Part shown: positions 11,901-25,700 of the stretch, piece by piece | Layout: each line of letters starts with the position of its first letter | Position numbering within the stretch: the first letter of the stretch is position 1 | DNA from: Seison nebaliae | Lineage: Eukaryota | Assembly: GCA_023231475.1 (NCBI GenBank) | Contig: JALJEE010001537.1 | Location: 1 to 53,746, forward strand | Length of the DNA stretch: 53,746 bases | Direction: 5' to 3' | The notes under the pieces: model-generated | Told to the model about the DNA's origin: nothing | Database searches by the model: none | What the model saw: the letters and a program-made list of their open reading frames with translations, nothing else | Translations under genes and position numbers: made by a program

Positions 11901-14900
11901 TCTGTAAACCACACTTCACTGGCATACATTGTCAAATGGAAATGTCGAAGAACGAACAAGAAAGAATTATTGATGAGAGCGAATCATATACCGAACAAGA
12001 ATTAACGGAATTAGTGAAACATAATCGAAACGTTTCTTCCATATTTAATAGTCAAACAAAACCATCAATCTTACCAAAACATTCATTTATCAATGAACTA
12101 AATCCATCTAAAAATAATAAATACCCTCAAAATTATTTAAATCATCAACAAAATTATAAAGATACAAAAAATTATCTGTATAATTCGAATGAACAATATC
12201 AACAACAACCTCATTATAATGAAAAGAATATTTATCAACATAATTCTCAATTGAAGCAACAACAACAACAACAACAGAAATCAGTATATAATGGAAATGT
12301 TGATGAGAAGAATCATCAATCGAATTATCAACAATATTCTCATAATAAATGGCATGACCAACAATATAATGATTTCGATGGTAATTATATGAAATCGATG
12401 AAAAGGAATCCATTTCAAAAATTCAATAATAATAATAATAACAATAATAATAATAATAATAGGATTAACAACGTTTTCAATCCAAATAAAAAAACGAATG
12501 AATTTGATGTTTTTCATTCACCGACTACAATTCATTCTTCATCATCTTCATCAATTTTATCTGATTTGACCTCATCCAAAAATTTCAATTCGTCCTTTAA
12601 ATCATCCGCAATTAATTCATCAGGAAAAACGAATATAATATCATCTTCTTCTATTTTATCTGATTCTTCATCATCATCCTCCTCCGCCTCATCATCATCA
12701 TCGTCGTCGTCGTCGTCGTCTTCATTATCAACGAATAGCATTGGGAAATTGAAAAATAATAATGAGTTTCAATTCGATTCACAACAAAAAGAAAAATTTA
12801 AAGAAATAGCAATCGATAAAAATGATCTGTCATATGAATCGTTAAAACGATTGTTGATGAATAATAAGAATGCATCAAATGAAATGGGGAAATGTGATCA
12901 AGTGGTATGTGGAAATCGAGGAACATGTTACATGACAAAAACGGAAGATATATTTTGTAAATGTCGAGAAGCGTTTAAAGGAAAGAATTGTGTTCAAGAA
13001 TCTTCCATCATTTGTGAGACAAATGATCATTCATGTACGAATTGTCAAGTTTGTAAGAAGTTGGATGATGAAGATCATTATTGTATACCAAATCGAGCGG
13101 TTATGCCAAATAATTGTTCTGTTGCATTTAATGCATGTCTTTTTTTAACTTCAGATGATAGTTGTAAGAACGGTGGAATATGTAAGAGTTTCATTTCAGA
13201 ATTACCACAAGATGGAAAAGTGGAAGTTGGTAGAGATTACTCTTGTAAATGTCCTGTGAATGTTCTCGGTTTCTATTGTGAACAAGTGTTGTCTCATCCA
13301 GATTGTGATCGAATTTGTCCACCACAAATAAGTCAATGTATCATTCCACGATACAAAAATGTTGATGATGTGAAATGTGAATGTTTATGTAAGAACGGTG
13401 GAACATGCTCCTTTTCAGAAAAACGATGTATTTGTCCGACCGGATATGAAGGGGCGAAATGTGAACAAATTGTGGAGAGATCATCTCCGAACATTTATTC
13501 AGTGACTGAAGAAATAAAAAGTGGGAAAGAATTTAGAAATAATATGAACTCGAATTTATTTTCCAATATAGGAAATTGTGACCAGAATGGAAATGTGACA
13601 TGTTTGAATGGTGGGAAATGTCATGATTATTGGATTTGGGATCAATCGCACAAAGTCAGTATTTGTGAGTGTGCCAATGGATTCTATGGGAAGAATTGTG
13701 AGAAAGAATTGACGAGTAGAAATCGTTGTGATGATAATCCATGTCAAAATGGAGGAATATGTACAGGAATTGGTGATTCCATCAATGAATGTCAATGTCT
13801 TCCCGGTTATTTTGGACAATATTGTGAAAAGGAAGAAAGATTAGAAAATTGTAATTGTTCGAATAATGGATTATGTTTGAAAGTTGATGATGAGTTTGCA
13901 TGTTTATGTCCATGGGGTTTCCGAGGGAAACATTGTGACTTTTGTTTCAACGAATGTTTCTTGCGTCCCTGTAAGAATGGTGGTGAATGTGAAGCGTTAT
14001 TTGGTGGCGATTTTGTTTGTCATTGTCCTGTCGGTACGAATGGTCAATTTTGTGAGAATGATGTTGACGAATGTGCAAATGAAAAGATTTGTAATTTTCA
14101 TGGGAAATGTCATAATTTACCTGGGGATTATACATGTAATTGTATTTATCCATATATTGGAAAGAATTGTGAATATAATATTGAAGAATTATGTCGAAAT
14201 AATATTGGAAAAGATATTAAACATCCATTTCTTCCTAATTTTTATCTATCATGTATTTCTGTGAATAATGGTGGTCAATTCAAATTGAGACGATGTCCCT
14301 CTAATTTATATTTTAATGAGAACTCAAATTCTTGTGTCCATCCAAATCAATTAATCGAATTCAATTGTTCTTATACTCAATGTCTGAATAATGGAGAATG
14401 TTTAACGAATGTCGATTCGAATGGGAAATTTCGATATGATTGTGAATGTCCTAAAGGATTTGAAGGTGATTCTTGTGAAATCAAAAAAATTCCCCAATGC
14501 AATTCTACAAAACATTGCGGTGCCACTAGTATTGACTGTTCAATGATTAATGAAAAATTGATATGTTTCTGTGAAAACGATAATTATTCTGTTGGAACAT
14601 GTTCAAATGAAACGTTTAAGAATCCATGTTTGAGTTACAATGGACGACTATATCGTCAATTCGAAACGGACAAACAATTATATATTCAATGTTCACTTGA
14701 TAAAAAGATGTTTGTGAGAACTTGTTCGAATGGTTTAGTTTGGCATAATGAATATCAGAATTGTCTACAACCTAACACTTTCCAGGATGAACGATTCAAT
14801 TCAGAATATTCTGTCAAATCAAAAAATTGCAATTTTGGAAAAGAAATTTGGTCTAAATCTCAAAATAAATATTATTGTCAATGTGACAAAGGATTTACTG

Positions 14901-15489
14901 GGAGAGATTGTGAGGAAGATATTGATGAATGTCAATCTTCTCCTTGCAAAAACAATGGAACATGTATGAACAATTTTGGTGGGTATATTTGTGCATGTGA
15001 AGGTGGGTTTTATGATGAAGATTGTTGTTGTCTCGGTTAATATTCTATAAAATCTTTTATTTTAATGATTTAAATCCTTTAATTATTTTTCAATTTTTTT
15101 TAGGCATTTCTAATCCATGTCCGAAAATTGGAAATAAATCACTTTTGTATCCGTTTCCAACTAAACCATGGAGATATATTCAATGTATGCCAGATGGATT
15201 TGCTCGAACTAGAGATTGTTCCGTTGGAACGGTATGGGATTTCGAGTCACAAACTTGTCTGGCTAAATCAAGAAAAAATTATGATAATGGAATTACCAGA
15301 TCAGCGAAAGTCGTTAAAGACGCATTGGAAAGTTGTGAAAATGGAATTAGAAAGAATATTCCTCATCCAATATTTCAGGATCGATTCATCAGTTGTCAAA
15401 GTGGTAAAGCGACAATCAGACGATGTTCTCATTACGAAATATTTTGTCGATCATCTGCAAAATGTGAAGAATTGAACAATTGTTTATAA
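8987..15489 (+). CDS. Large secreted mosaic protein: signal peptide, TIL/TILa-like modules, many EGF repeats, low-complexity linker and four peritrophin-A/CBM14-like chitin-binding modules (intron 15036-15103)
   Basis: A 2,017-aa ORF plus a terminal exon. It has a hydrophobic N-terminus, CxNGGxC EGF repeats including calcium-binding type (DVDEC, DIDEC), CGC...CxxxCxC TILa-like modules at ~9893 and ~11534, and CBM14-like YxQC...RxCxxGxxW/F...C modules. No TM segment was seen. Confidence 0.85.
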
Positions 15490-16049
15490 AACTGATAATT
15501 CATTAACATTAGACGACAATTGAATTCTTTATTTATTTTATTAAAAATTTAATTTTAATTTATAATTTCGATGTCATTAGTCATATAAAGTATTTATTTT
15601 CATTCTCATATTGTCGATAAATGGTGAGAAGTTGATAAGAATTATCATTCATTCATCATCAGTTTATAACTCTCTCTTTTTTTAGAATAGAATCAATTGA
15701 TGATTTCAAAAGACTAAAACATGGACGAAAACGTTCGTAGAGATAGATGTTGGAAAGTCATGTCAAACCTTGGGATATTTGACACTTGTGAATGTTTGTT
15801 GTTGTTAGAGGACTGTTAGGAATCTTAATTTCATTGTCTCTTTCATCTCATGAATTTGGAAGAATGATTTTGATTTAAATTGAATTTGTCAAGTGATGAT
15901 TGATGGAATCAAAGAGAAATTCCTGTTTACCAACAAAATTTTAATAGAAATAAAAAAATTTGGGAAATTTTTCAAAATGAATTTTGATGAATGCCGATAA
16001 ATATGAGTAGGAATATGAAATGACTAATACCTAATACTAACTACTACTT

Positions 16050-16072
16050 TGTGTGTGTGTGTGTGTGTGTGT
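16050..16072. repeat. (TG)n microsatellite
   Basis: TG run, seen directly. Confidence 0.9.
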
Positions 16073-16632
16073 GGTGTAGAATGAACCACCTACTTTCCCA
16101 AACAAATATAATGCCTAACTACTGAGTTAGGTATCTGGATGTTTAATAGAAGAAGAATAAAAAAAAAAGAATCATATCGGCTGATGTGGGAAGTTATTGT
16201 GAAGGATGAGATAAGATGGAAAAATTCACTGTTGAATCATCGATCACTAAAGGTAATTATTGAAGTAATTTAAGTTTATTTGAAAAATGATAAAAGAATA
16301 TTCTGACTGATAATTTCCCAGTGAAATTCGTCTTCTCATGTTCATGATTTGAGTGACGATTAGAATTATTATTGTTCTGATTGTTATTGTTGGAATTATT
16401 ATGATTTCTTATTACACAATAAACAAAATGAAAGTGATAAGATAATGATGATTAAACGTCTGTCACAATGAAAACATATTCTACTCCAATATAAGAATCA
16501 TGTCAGTCGATGGAGATTTGTTATAATAATTTTCATTCGATTCCTAACAAAAATTTTGAGAAATTTAACTTTCTTCAATTCGTTAATATCATCCTCTTAT
16601 TATAGTCTCTTTCATCTATCATCAGATAAATT

Positions 16633-16896
16633 ATGAACCGATTATTAATTCTCATCAATCTTTATCTTCTTCTCACCATCGTCTCGTCATTATCGATACA
16701 TCGATCGAAAGATTTTGATGATGAAGTTCCATCCTCCTTCGACGCCATCTTAAACAACGATTCCAATAAACAATTGTCGAATGATATTCTACACCAACTC
16801 ATCGATCAATTAATAAGCAAACAATTCAACAACAAGAGAAATTTCTGGAAGAGAAACTTTTGGAAAAGATCAAATTATAAAAGAAATTTTTGGTAA
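16633..16896 (+). CDS. Putative neuropeptide precursor (signal peptide plus KR-flanked NFW repeats)
   Basis: 87 aa. Signal-peptide-like MNRLLILINLYLLLTIVSS, an acidic spacer, then KR-NFW-KR-NFW-KR-SNY-KR-NFW-stop, with synonymous codon differences between repeats. Confidence 0.8.
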   Translation: MNRLLILINLYLLLTIVSSLSIHRSKDFDDEVPSSFDAILNNDSNKQLSNDILHQLIDQLISKQFNNKRNFWKRNFWKRSNYKRNFW

Positions 16897-19526
16897 ATCT
16901 TCCTCCTTCACTGAGCTATTGAATAATAAGAGAACAGAACAAACATGACGAAAATTACAGCGATTCGGATTTTCTTTTGAATTTTGCTCTTTCAACCACA
17001 ATCTTCATATTTCTCATCATTCTATTCTCTTTTCAAAATAAAATTTATTTCTTGATTAATTTCTTTCATTTCTACTTCATTCATGAATCATGATGAATGA
17101 TGAATCCCCATCGATATAATCTACAATTTAGTTTTATTATCTTTTCTTTCAACTGTTGAAATTCTTTTTAAAAATCACTAAAATTTGAACATAAAAAATG
17201 ATAATACTTGTATTCATTCTAATCAATAAACGATGCTCAATCGATAATCAATAATATCATTTTCTTCACAACCATTTTCAAAACAATAAAACGATTCTGG
17301 TTTTCAGGAATTAATTCTCCAATAAAAAATGAAAATGTTAAAAGTTTAAACTAGAAAATTCCAGTTGCAGACCAAAACACAGAATTGAGTAGAGAGAAAT
17401 AATGTAAAAATGTTGACGAAAATATTTCGATAAAAATTGATAAAAAAGTCATTGAACGATTTCTTTCCAAATATAAGATAATCACCAAAATTACTAATTA
17501 AAACGATTTTACAAAATGTTAGATTAAAACCATTCACTTGAAGATTGACGTCATTGAGTGAAGAAAAAAATTTTCATCAGATAAAGGGAAGTATTGATCG
17601 ATAACATTTGAAATAGTTTTAAACAAGATCGAATAATGGATATGATAAATCTTCTTAAAATTAAATAGACATTACTATTACTTTGATAAGAACGTATCAA
17701 CTATTGAGAAACTTGTCTATTTAATGATATAGTTTTCTTTTTATTTTCAATCGTTAGACAGTTACAACAGAAGATTAATTTGTTTGATATAGAATCTATA
17801 TTATAGATCTTTCATTATTTATGGGTTATTCATTTTGAGTATCCATCACCAACGAATATTTGAAAAACTAATTTGACATGATAAAAATCGAATGATTATT
17901 ATACAAACGTAATTTTCGTTAATATAAAAAAAAAGTATTGATACCGTCAATAGTTAAAGGAAAAAAGTTCTCATTCGAGATATTTCGTTCTCATTCACTT
18001 TCCATTTTTCATGGTAGTTAAGGACAAATAAAATAATTTCAAATAGTAATTTATATTTTTGATATAAGTGAATGTGTATTTGAGAGATCAGTTTCCTAAC
18101 AAGTTGTAAGTTGAGTTCACGCTTCGTTTTATTCTTTCTATTAGAACTTTTCCTAGTAGGGTTTTTACTGCTGAAAGAAAACGGTGAAAAATGCAAGCTC
18201 TTAATTTACGAGTTGTAAGTTGAAATGTATGAGTGGCGAGCAACAGTTACAATTCGAACCTTATTCAAGGATGGGAATATTCAGAGTATGTTTTCAATTT
18301 GTGATAATTGGGAATGTGAAGTAGCCAACGAACAATTCGGAAAATATTATCATATCAGACAATTATTTAAATTACATTGATTCGGGAGATGTTTGAAGTG
18401 TGTGAGTTAATTCATCTGTTGGCTACGAGATAAAAGAAGATCGTTCTATATTTTTTATATGAAGATAGACTGAGGTTAAAGTTCAAAATTGGTTATCAAT
18501 GAATGGAGAAGGATAGAATTTTGAGAGTAATAGTTCTATCCTATTATAAGACGATAGAAAATAATGTTCTTCTTTCTTTTCTCAAACGATGATTTTAGTT
18601 GAAAGGAAAATAAGAAACTAAAAAAAAATGTTATATAATATATGATAAACATGTATATAGGACGTGTAAGATAAGTCGGATGTTGTCAGTTGTTGGTTAA
18701 GTTGGGATGGAATTCACCGTAATTTTCCCACATTGTGGTGTACTCTACATCTACTGACACCTCGAATATTTTTAGGTAAATATTTTATACAAGCAAAAAA
18801 TTCATTTCGTTATAAGTAGAAGAAAAGAACGTGTGCATATTAGTGGTTGAGAATAGAGAATGAATTATGAGAAGAATCAATTGCGAAATGAATGAAATAG
18901 AATGAATGAAATAGAATGAATGAATAGAATGGGAAGTTACGCAATCGAACGATAACATTTGAGCTAATAACTTCAACGAAAGAAAATTGAGAAAGATGTA
19001 GATAAATGTAGAAAATGAAAATTACCACTATCGAATGATTACGCAATCGTTTCTCATTATAAAAATGTCTAAACGAAAATGACTGTTGAGAAGTCGAATG
19101 AATAACCAGTGGACAAATGAGGAATGAATGGAGAAGTATGTTGAGAAGAAACTCATTCAACTTCTTTCCATATCATCTCCCCATCTATGAATTACATAAC
19201 TGAATGAATTTATGAATGAATTTTTTTTTCGTTCTCTTAAATATTCATTCAATTCAATATGCACACACTTTCACCAATGAATTAATGAGATAATCGTCTC
19301 AATTATATGTCGTCCTCTTTATTCCTCTCTTAAATTATGTCAATTATTTTTCGTAATTCTTCCACATAATCCAAGTACCTTTTAATATTAAACCAATCAG
19401 ATAAATCAAATAGATATTTGATGGAACAAGGATAAAGTTTAAACGCGAATAAAAATAAAACAGTTTTCGTTCGATGAATGAATATGTTTCATTAACGAAT
19501 AACAGAATAAACTTCCATTTTTTGTT

Positions 19527-19571
19527 ATATATATTTATATATATATATATATATATATAGATATAAATATA
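19527..19571. repeat. Imperfect (TA)n microsatellite
   Basis: TA run, seen directly. Confidence 0.85.
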
Positions 19572-22556
19572 TCGGTTTTGTGAATGAGAGAATAATGTAA
19601 AAGAAACATGTCGTTCCGTCTTCTCATTCAACCGATAAGAACGACATCTTTATAGACTTGAATGTCAACCATTCGCAACTGTAATTGACAAGAATAGAAA
19701 AGAATTCTCCCCAGAAACTCTCCAAATTCGTTTGTAAGACAAAGAAAATTGTTGGAAGAAAATAAACTTCTCATGCACTTGTGATACGCAACCACAAATA
19801 GATGAATAAGATTCTGTAAAGTTTCATTTTGATTCCTCCAAATTTCATGCATTATCTCCGCCGTCAACTCTCATCAATTTCTATCACATCTTTTCCTACG
19901 TCTTCTGCCGAATAGTTTGATCATATTCACATTTTCACAAAGAACTGCGAAAATTTGTTTTGAAGTGAACGTCTCTTGTCTAACATCATTATTCTTCGAT
20001 TGTTATTGTATGTAATCTTCATATCAACTTCCACTACCAACTCACAAATTCAGTCAGAACTGTTTTATTTTCTCATCGACAAAGTAATTATCATCCTTCA
20101 TCGATAGCCTATGTTTTAGAGTTCATTTCAATTAAATCATTCTTCTTCTACCTATTAAAATTTGTGTATCTCAATTCTTTTCTCCTCTCGAATTTGTCTT
20201 TTTAAGCAAATCATTCATTTGCTCATTCAACTTCTCGTTCTGTTTATATTACAACATGTCTTTACACACACTTCAGTTCGATGTCATAAAAGTGGAAATG
20301 ACTCAAGAGGTAACTGTAAATTAAACATATAAACTCTCTTCGAATTCTTTCTAGACTGACTACTATGTCTGCGACATATTAATTCAAACAAATTATGTTA
20401 ATGTTCCTCATAAAATTATCAGTCGCCAATGATCATCTACATAATCATGTTCAATCATTTATTTTATTACGCTATAGCACAATTTATAATATTTATGATG
20501 ATGATGAAATATTCAGTAATTATGAGCATTCAAATTGTTTTTTATGTCCACAATCATTCCTTTAAATAAATCTCGTTATAAACCGGAAGTATATTCCAAA
20601 TATTTCTCTCCACAAAAATACGAATCGAGTAACATCTGCTAATATTACTCCATTAAATTTTGGCTTCAATTTATAAAATAACTGTTTAATCGAACTTCTT
20701 TTGTGTTACTCCGACCAATGTCACCAAATTATCAACACAATTGATATTGGGAAAAAAGATTTAAAACAATTTTGTATGACGTCGAAAATTTAATTAATTT
20801 CCTGTAATCTTCAATTCATCAACGGTTTTCTCTCATATGTTATACTTAGTTACATTTTTTTTTATTTGCGTTTCGTGACTGATGTTCGCTCATGACGGAA
20901 ATAGAACATATAATTTCTTTAATTAAACACTTCAACTCTTTAATATTAAAATGATCTCCACCTTTAAATAATTCGAAAGTTAAGTAGTAAGTATGTATGA
21001 TAATAAATTGGTGAATATTATAAATTCTATTTTCAATAATAAGAATTATATTGATATAATAATGCTATAATTGATAGAAAATACAACTGTATTATGTCCA
21101 CTTAGATGAATTAATACTTTTACCGTCAATACATTTTCATATGTCATTCTCTTCATACTAATTCTTCTAATTATTTCTGATGATTCACTTATGATTATTC
21201 TCAAATTATTTCGTTGGGAAGATATGGCAAGATCAGATCACAAACATTTCTTTCAAATTTCTCGTCTTTTTCTACGAAAATAATACAACAAACTTTTAGT
21301 TCAAACAATCTATCCATCAAAATTCTTCTTACAACTCTTAAAATGCTCGTTTATGGAATTTTTTAGGAACAGCACCACGTATTAGATATTATGTGAATTT
21401 TAGGGAAAATATGTTTATTAAGTAAATTGTTAATGAATTTCTTCAGTTTCGTTTAAATGAAAAGATGATTGATTCGTTTCGTTTTTGAATGAAAATTGAA
21501 AGTAAGAATTATAGAAGTTGGTTGAAATTGAATGAATAATCTGAATAGAGGAAATGATTAATAAAAGAAGCAACTACTTTCTTCTCAATATCACTCCTTT
21601 CAACAAATTTAGACATATTACGTAAGGAAGAATAATTTTAAATAATAAAAAAAAGAAAAATAAATAAACATGTTTATTGAAATGAATTCCACTCCTCTAT
21701 CCTCCCTTTTCCTTCCCTCCTATAATAATTCTTCATGAACACATCTTATAAATTTTAATTTGTCTTTCAAAAAATCGGAAGTCAAACTGAAATTCTTGTA
21801 AATCATCTTTCTACGTTATTTTCATTCAACTAATTTATATTTATAGAAAAATGAAAACATAATATTAAACGACTTTATTTGAAGGTGAATCAATTTTTCT
21901 TGTCTTTTTTCGATTTTATCAAATGAATTCATATTTCTTGATATTATGGGAAATTGTCTTGATTTCTCTTTCAAAAACAAATTTCATTTTCCCTAATCAT
22001 ATTCTCCTTATTAATGTTATGTCATCTTCAGCTCTCTTTATTTGGACTAGATAGAATTCTAGAAGATTCTAAAAAACACAAAATAGACATTCGGGTAGAA
22101 AACAAATGTTAAATTGACATGTCTAATTTTAAATTTGTAAAATTTTCAAATTATTTTACATAATGCTATGTCATAATTTAAACGTGGTATTGCTGCTTGC
22201 AAATTGCACGTGTTATTGTATATGAGTATTTAAGGAGACGTAAAAAAGAGTTTATTATTTAAAGATTACTTTATTCACTAATTCACTCATTTTTTTTAAT
22301 ATTCAATATTAAAATTCTCGTTTTTCATTTGAACAAAAAAAGTGTGCAATTTAATCTTGCTTCTATCTTCTTCTATGTCATATCTTTTCACGCAATTATT
22401 TTATATTATTGTCCTTTCATTTCCACGTGAAGAAGGTAAACGTGGAATGTGCATTACAATTATGAATGAATGTAGTCCGATATATCGGATAATGGTTTTG
22501 AAGAAAAATTATAATTTTTGGTAAAAGAAATAATTTTTTTTACCGGAGTTAGAGGA

Positions 22557-22726
22557 GTAACCCGACAGATTGTAATCCTATATAAAAATTATTTATATTA
22601 TTTTTATTTATTTATATATGAAAAAAGGTTGATAACTGTCTGAAATTGAGAAAATTATGTTACGAATTGTCCTTTTTTTGGGTTATATACATAATTTTAT
22701 ATAGGATTACGATCTGTCCCTCAATC
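22557..22726. mobile_element. MITE-like element (~170 bp) with ~28-bp inverted repeats and 9-bp TSD
   Basis: gacagattgtaatcctatataaaaattat (from 22564) is nearly the reverse complement of ataattttatataggattacgatctgtc (22691-22718). The direct repeat gttagagga flanks it at 22548-22556 and 22727-22735. Confidence 0.8.
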
Positions 22727-25700
22727 GTTAGAGGAAGTTTCCATAAGAGCGAAAGAATTGGAAGAAGAACTTGAAATTAAAAGGATTAAAAGAATGAGAT
22801 TGGAAATGAAATGGACATTTGTTAGTTTGATCGTTCTTCCATCCGTCAAAGCATCTCTTTTTCATAAAGAAAACGAAATGAAAAGATTGAATAATAAGTG
22901 AACGTTTTAAAAAGATTTAGTACGTATAAATTTTTCATTCAACAACCTTATTCTTCGAAAATATTAGTTTTTTCATTTATTATTTAAACATGAAAGAAAG
23001 AAATATTTCAAGGACAAATTTCTAAAGATTTATTCCTCTTTACCCATAGTTTCATAGAGAATGTCGGTATGTTTTTACGTTCTCTTCAAATGATTGATCT
23101 ATTCATTCATATTTCGAATGGTTGTGAAACTGAATGAATATTTCTCTAAAAAGAAACACAATTCATGTATATCCTCTCTCAACACCTATCTTATTAATAC
23201 CTATCTATACTGAGCTAACCAAAAATACTAAACTGGGCTAACAAGCTAAGTGCACAAGAAAGTTTTTGTTTTGGATGGTCCGCTAAACTTTTGGTAGATT
23301 AGTCGATTTGTTTCGTAAAAGAAACTGACGTTATTAATTTTCGGATATAGGTGATTCTTCTTATAATGAGACTATGATTAATATGAGCTTACCGATTTGT
23401 TGAGAGAAGTGTTTAATATTTTGTCTCTATTCTCGGACGAGTATCTCCGGGAATGATATATGTCGACTAAATGCACTATGTATATTAGATGATACACACA
23501 TATCGATATATGTGCAAGTGTGCGTATCCCTTAATATTTACGTTTTTGTGGCGCGTATTCAGCTTACAGCAATTTTGTTTTTATATCAACATTGGACTTC
23601 TTTTGTGCTTAAACCATAATTTTTCCTACGCTTGCTTACATTTTACGCTTCAATTCACAAACTAAGAAATTAGAGCGGAATAAATTGAAGATATATTTTT
23701 TTTTGATTTTCTCCCGATTTAACAATAGCTTTATCATCTTATCCACTTATGTTACCTGGTCATACAGTTAGTGTCTTAATCATATCGCTTAAAACTGGGA
23801 AACCGTTCGGGTTCCATTTTTGGCTTCTTTTTCTTTAAATGTTCTTCAACATTAGTCCGACATTCAAAATTCCAATAGTATGGAAAATTTGTAGAAAAAT
23901 CTCACTTCCAACATATATTATTTATATAAATTGACATAATATCATGTCCAAAATAAAAATGGAATTTTGTAAATTTTTTTTATAATGTAAAACTAATTTC
24001 CTTAACCTACTATGTCATTTGACTTTTTTGTTTTTCGTTTCCTACGACGTTTAGCACAAATTCCCCACAGAAAAAAAATTAAAAGAATTGATTTGAGATG
24101 AATGGAATAATGATGATTGAAAACAACGTTCTACGATCGGAGAATTATGTTATTAAGGGATACTCACTCATACTACTCTTCAATATCGACTTCAAATAAT
24201 TAATTAGACTCTATGCGCACTATCAACAACGACAATTGATCCGACAATTGTAAGATGTTTCATTCATCATCCAAATTTCCATCTATTATTCAAATGTTTA
24301 CGCTTACCTCTACGGAAAACTTTATATTTTTTATCTGATAACCCTTTCATTCATGTTCGTTTATCGCCTCATTTAATACAGTAACAGCACCAATTCAATT
24401 AGCATTATCATTTCTCATCGAATCAAATTATTAAAGTTATTTATTAAACAAATCGCTAACAGTGAGATCGGTTCGTTTTTGAAAGAAAACTTAAAAGCGC
24501 TTGAAATAATGAGTCTATTCAATTCTACATTATCTCTACTATATTTCTTCAGCAGAGATTGTGTTCTGATATTTATCTCAATTTATCCTCTTATATTTCT
24601 ATTTCGATTCGATTCTATTTCTATTTCCAATTCAATTTATTCTTCATTTCTATCGAAAGAATCTTTTTTAAATGAATTCAATGGAACGTTCAATCTATCA
24701 AATGAATCAATTCTACTTCTTTAGAATTTCATAGAACTTCACACAATTTTTATAATTGGAAAAGTTTATTAAAGAATTCAATTCAATTCCAATTGAATTG
24801 AATTGTCCACTTATTTTATTTGTCGAAAATGTCCTTATGTACTAAATGGTCAATTATCTAACACGGAGATATTTTAAACGTTATCATTATATCGATAAAT
24901 ATTAATTATTTTTTAAGATTGTTATATAATCATATTCATAATGTTATATAATATATTTTTGGGAATTTCCTTTTTAAAAAAGGAAGAATGATATTAATGA
25001 TTTCCTTCTTCTATTTTTTTTTGAAATTATGATAATATTGGTAGTTGCAAGTGTAATTGTTGTCATTGGATGATAAACCTCAAACGGTTATCTAATTTAT
25101 TTACGTCTAATTGTGATTTAGAGTTAATGTGCGTTGTAACATCAATTTATTTGAATAATCATGTTTATGACCATATATATTACTACAAGACTGATTGGAA
25201 GAGAAAGAACGAATTTCTTTTGTTGAGAGAAGAATGTTGTCGGATGATCGTTGATGATGGTGGAGGGACATGATGGTGAAAGAGATAAATTGAAATTAAT
25301 GACCATATAAAAAATGATGTTGTATGTGCTGACGTAAGATGATGCATACTTCATGATGTCTTTTTAAATTATGTGAGAATTCAGTCTAACTTTTTCGCTA
25401 AGGTCAACTAAAGAATTCCAGCGATGATGAGTGGAAGCATTAGAAAGAATGGAAAGTGGGCGAATGTCGATCATTGTTCATTCGATTATCATTAAAAATG
25501 ATCAGTTTCTTACCGCTTCTTGGTTGTGTTTCTCTTTTTGTGTGAAGATCGGATGACCTTGAGACTGTCGGTGTTGAAGATAAAACCTTAATAGTCAGAT
25601 GAGAAAGAATGATGTAAAGGCGATATGAGCTCTTCTCGATCTCTTAGAGAACTCTCCATTGATTCATTGCTATTTCATTCATTTCATTCATTTCATTCAA

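Noticed and set aside
8987..15489. Notch, Crumbs or Delta identity for the EGF protein
   Set aside because: No TM, LNR, ankyrin, DSL or laminin-G domains seen.
18102..18223. 13-bp direct repeat agttgtaagttga (18102 and 18211)
   Set aside because: Only two copies with no element boundaries, so insufficient evidence.
19344..20300. Short minus-strand ORFs suggesting a hidden gene or pseudogene
   Set aside because: Frequent stops, no recognisable motif and no coherent exon chain.
23468..23520. TAAATGCACTAT matching the 5' part of miR-277
   Set aside because: Only 12 nt match, and there is no complementary upstream arm for a 3'-arm miRNA hairpin.
23210..23880. Slightly GC-richer tract with a minus-strand ERFP/VLSDMIKTL peptide recalling a hAT dimerisation domain
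   Set aside because: It needs a frameshift, lacks the ERxFS motif, and no TIR or TSD was found. It may be a decayed TE but cannot be supported.
24777..24805. Short hairpin caattcaattc...gaattgaattg
   Set aside because: Built from a simple AATTC/GAATT repeat that is expected in AT-rich DNA.
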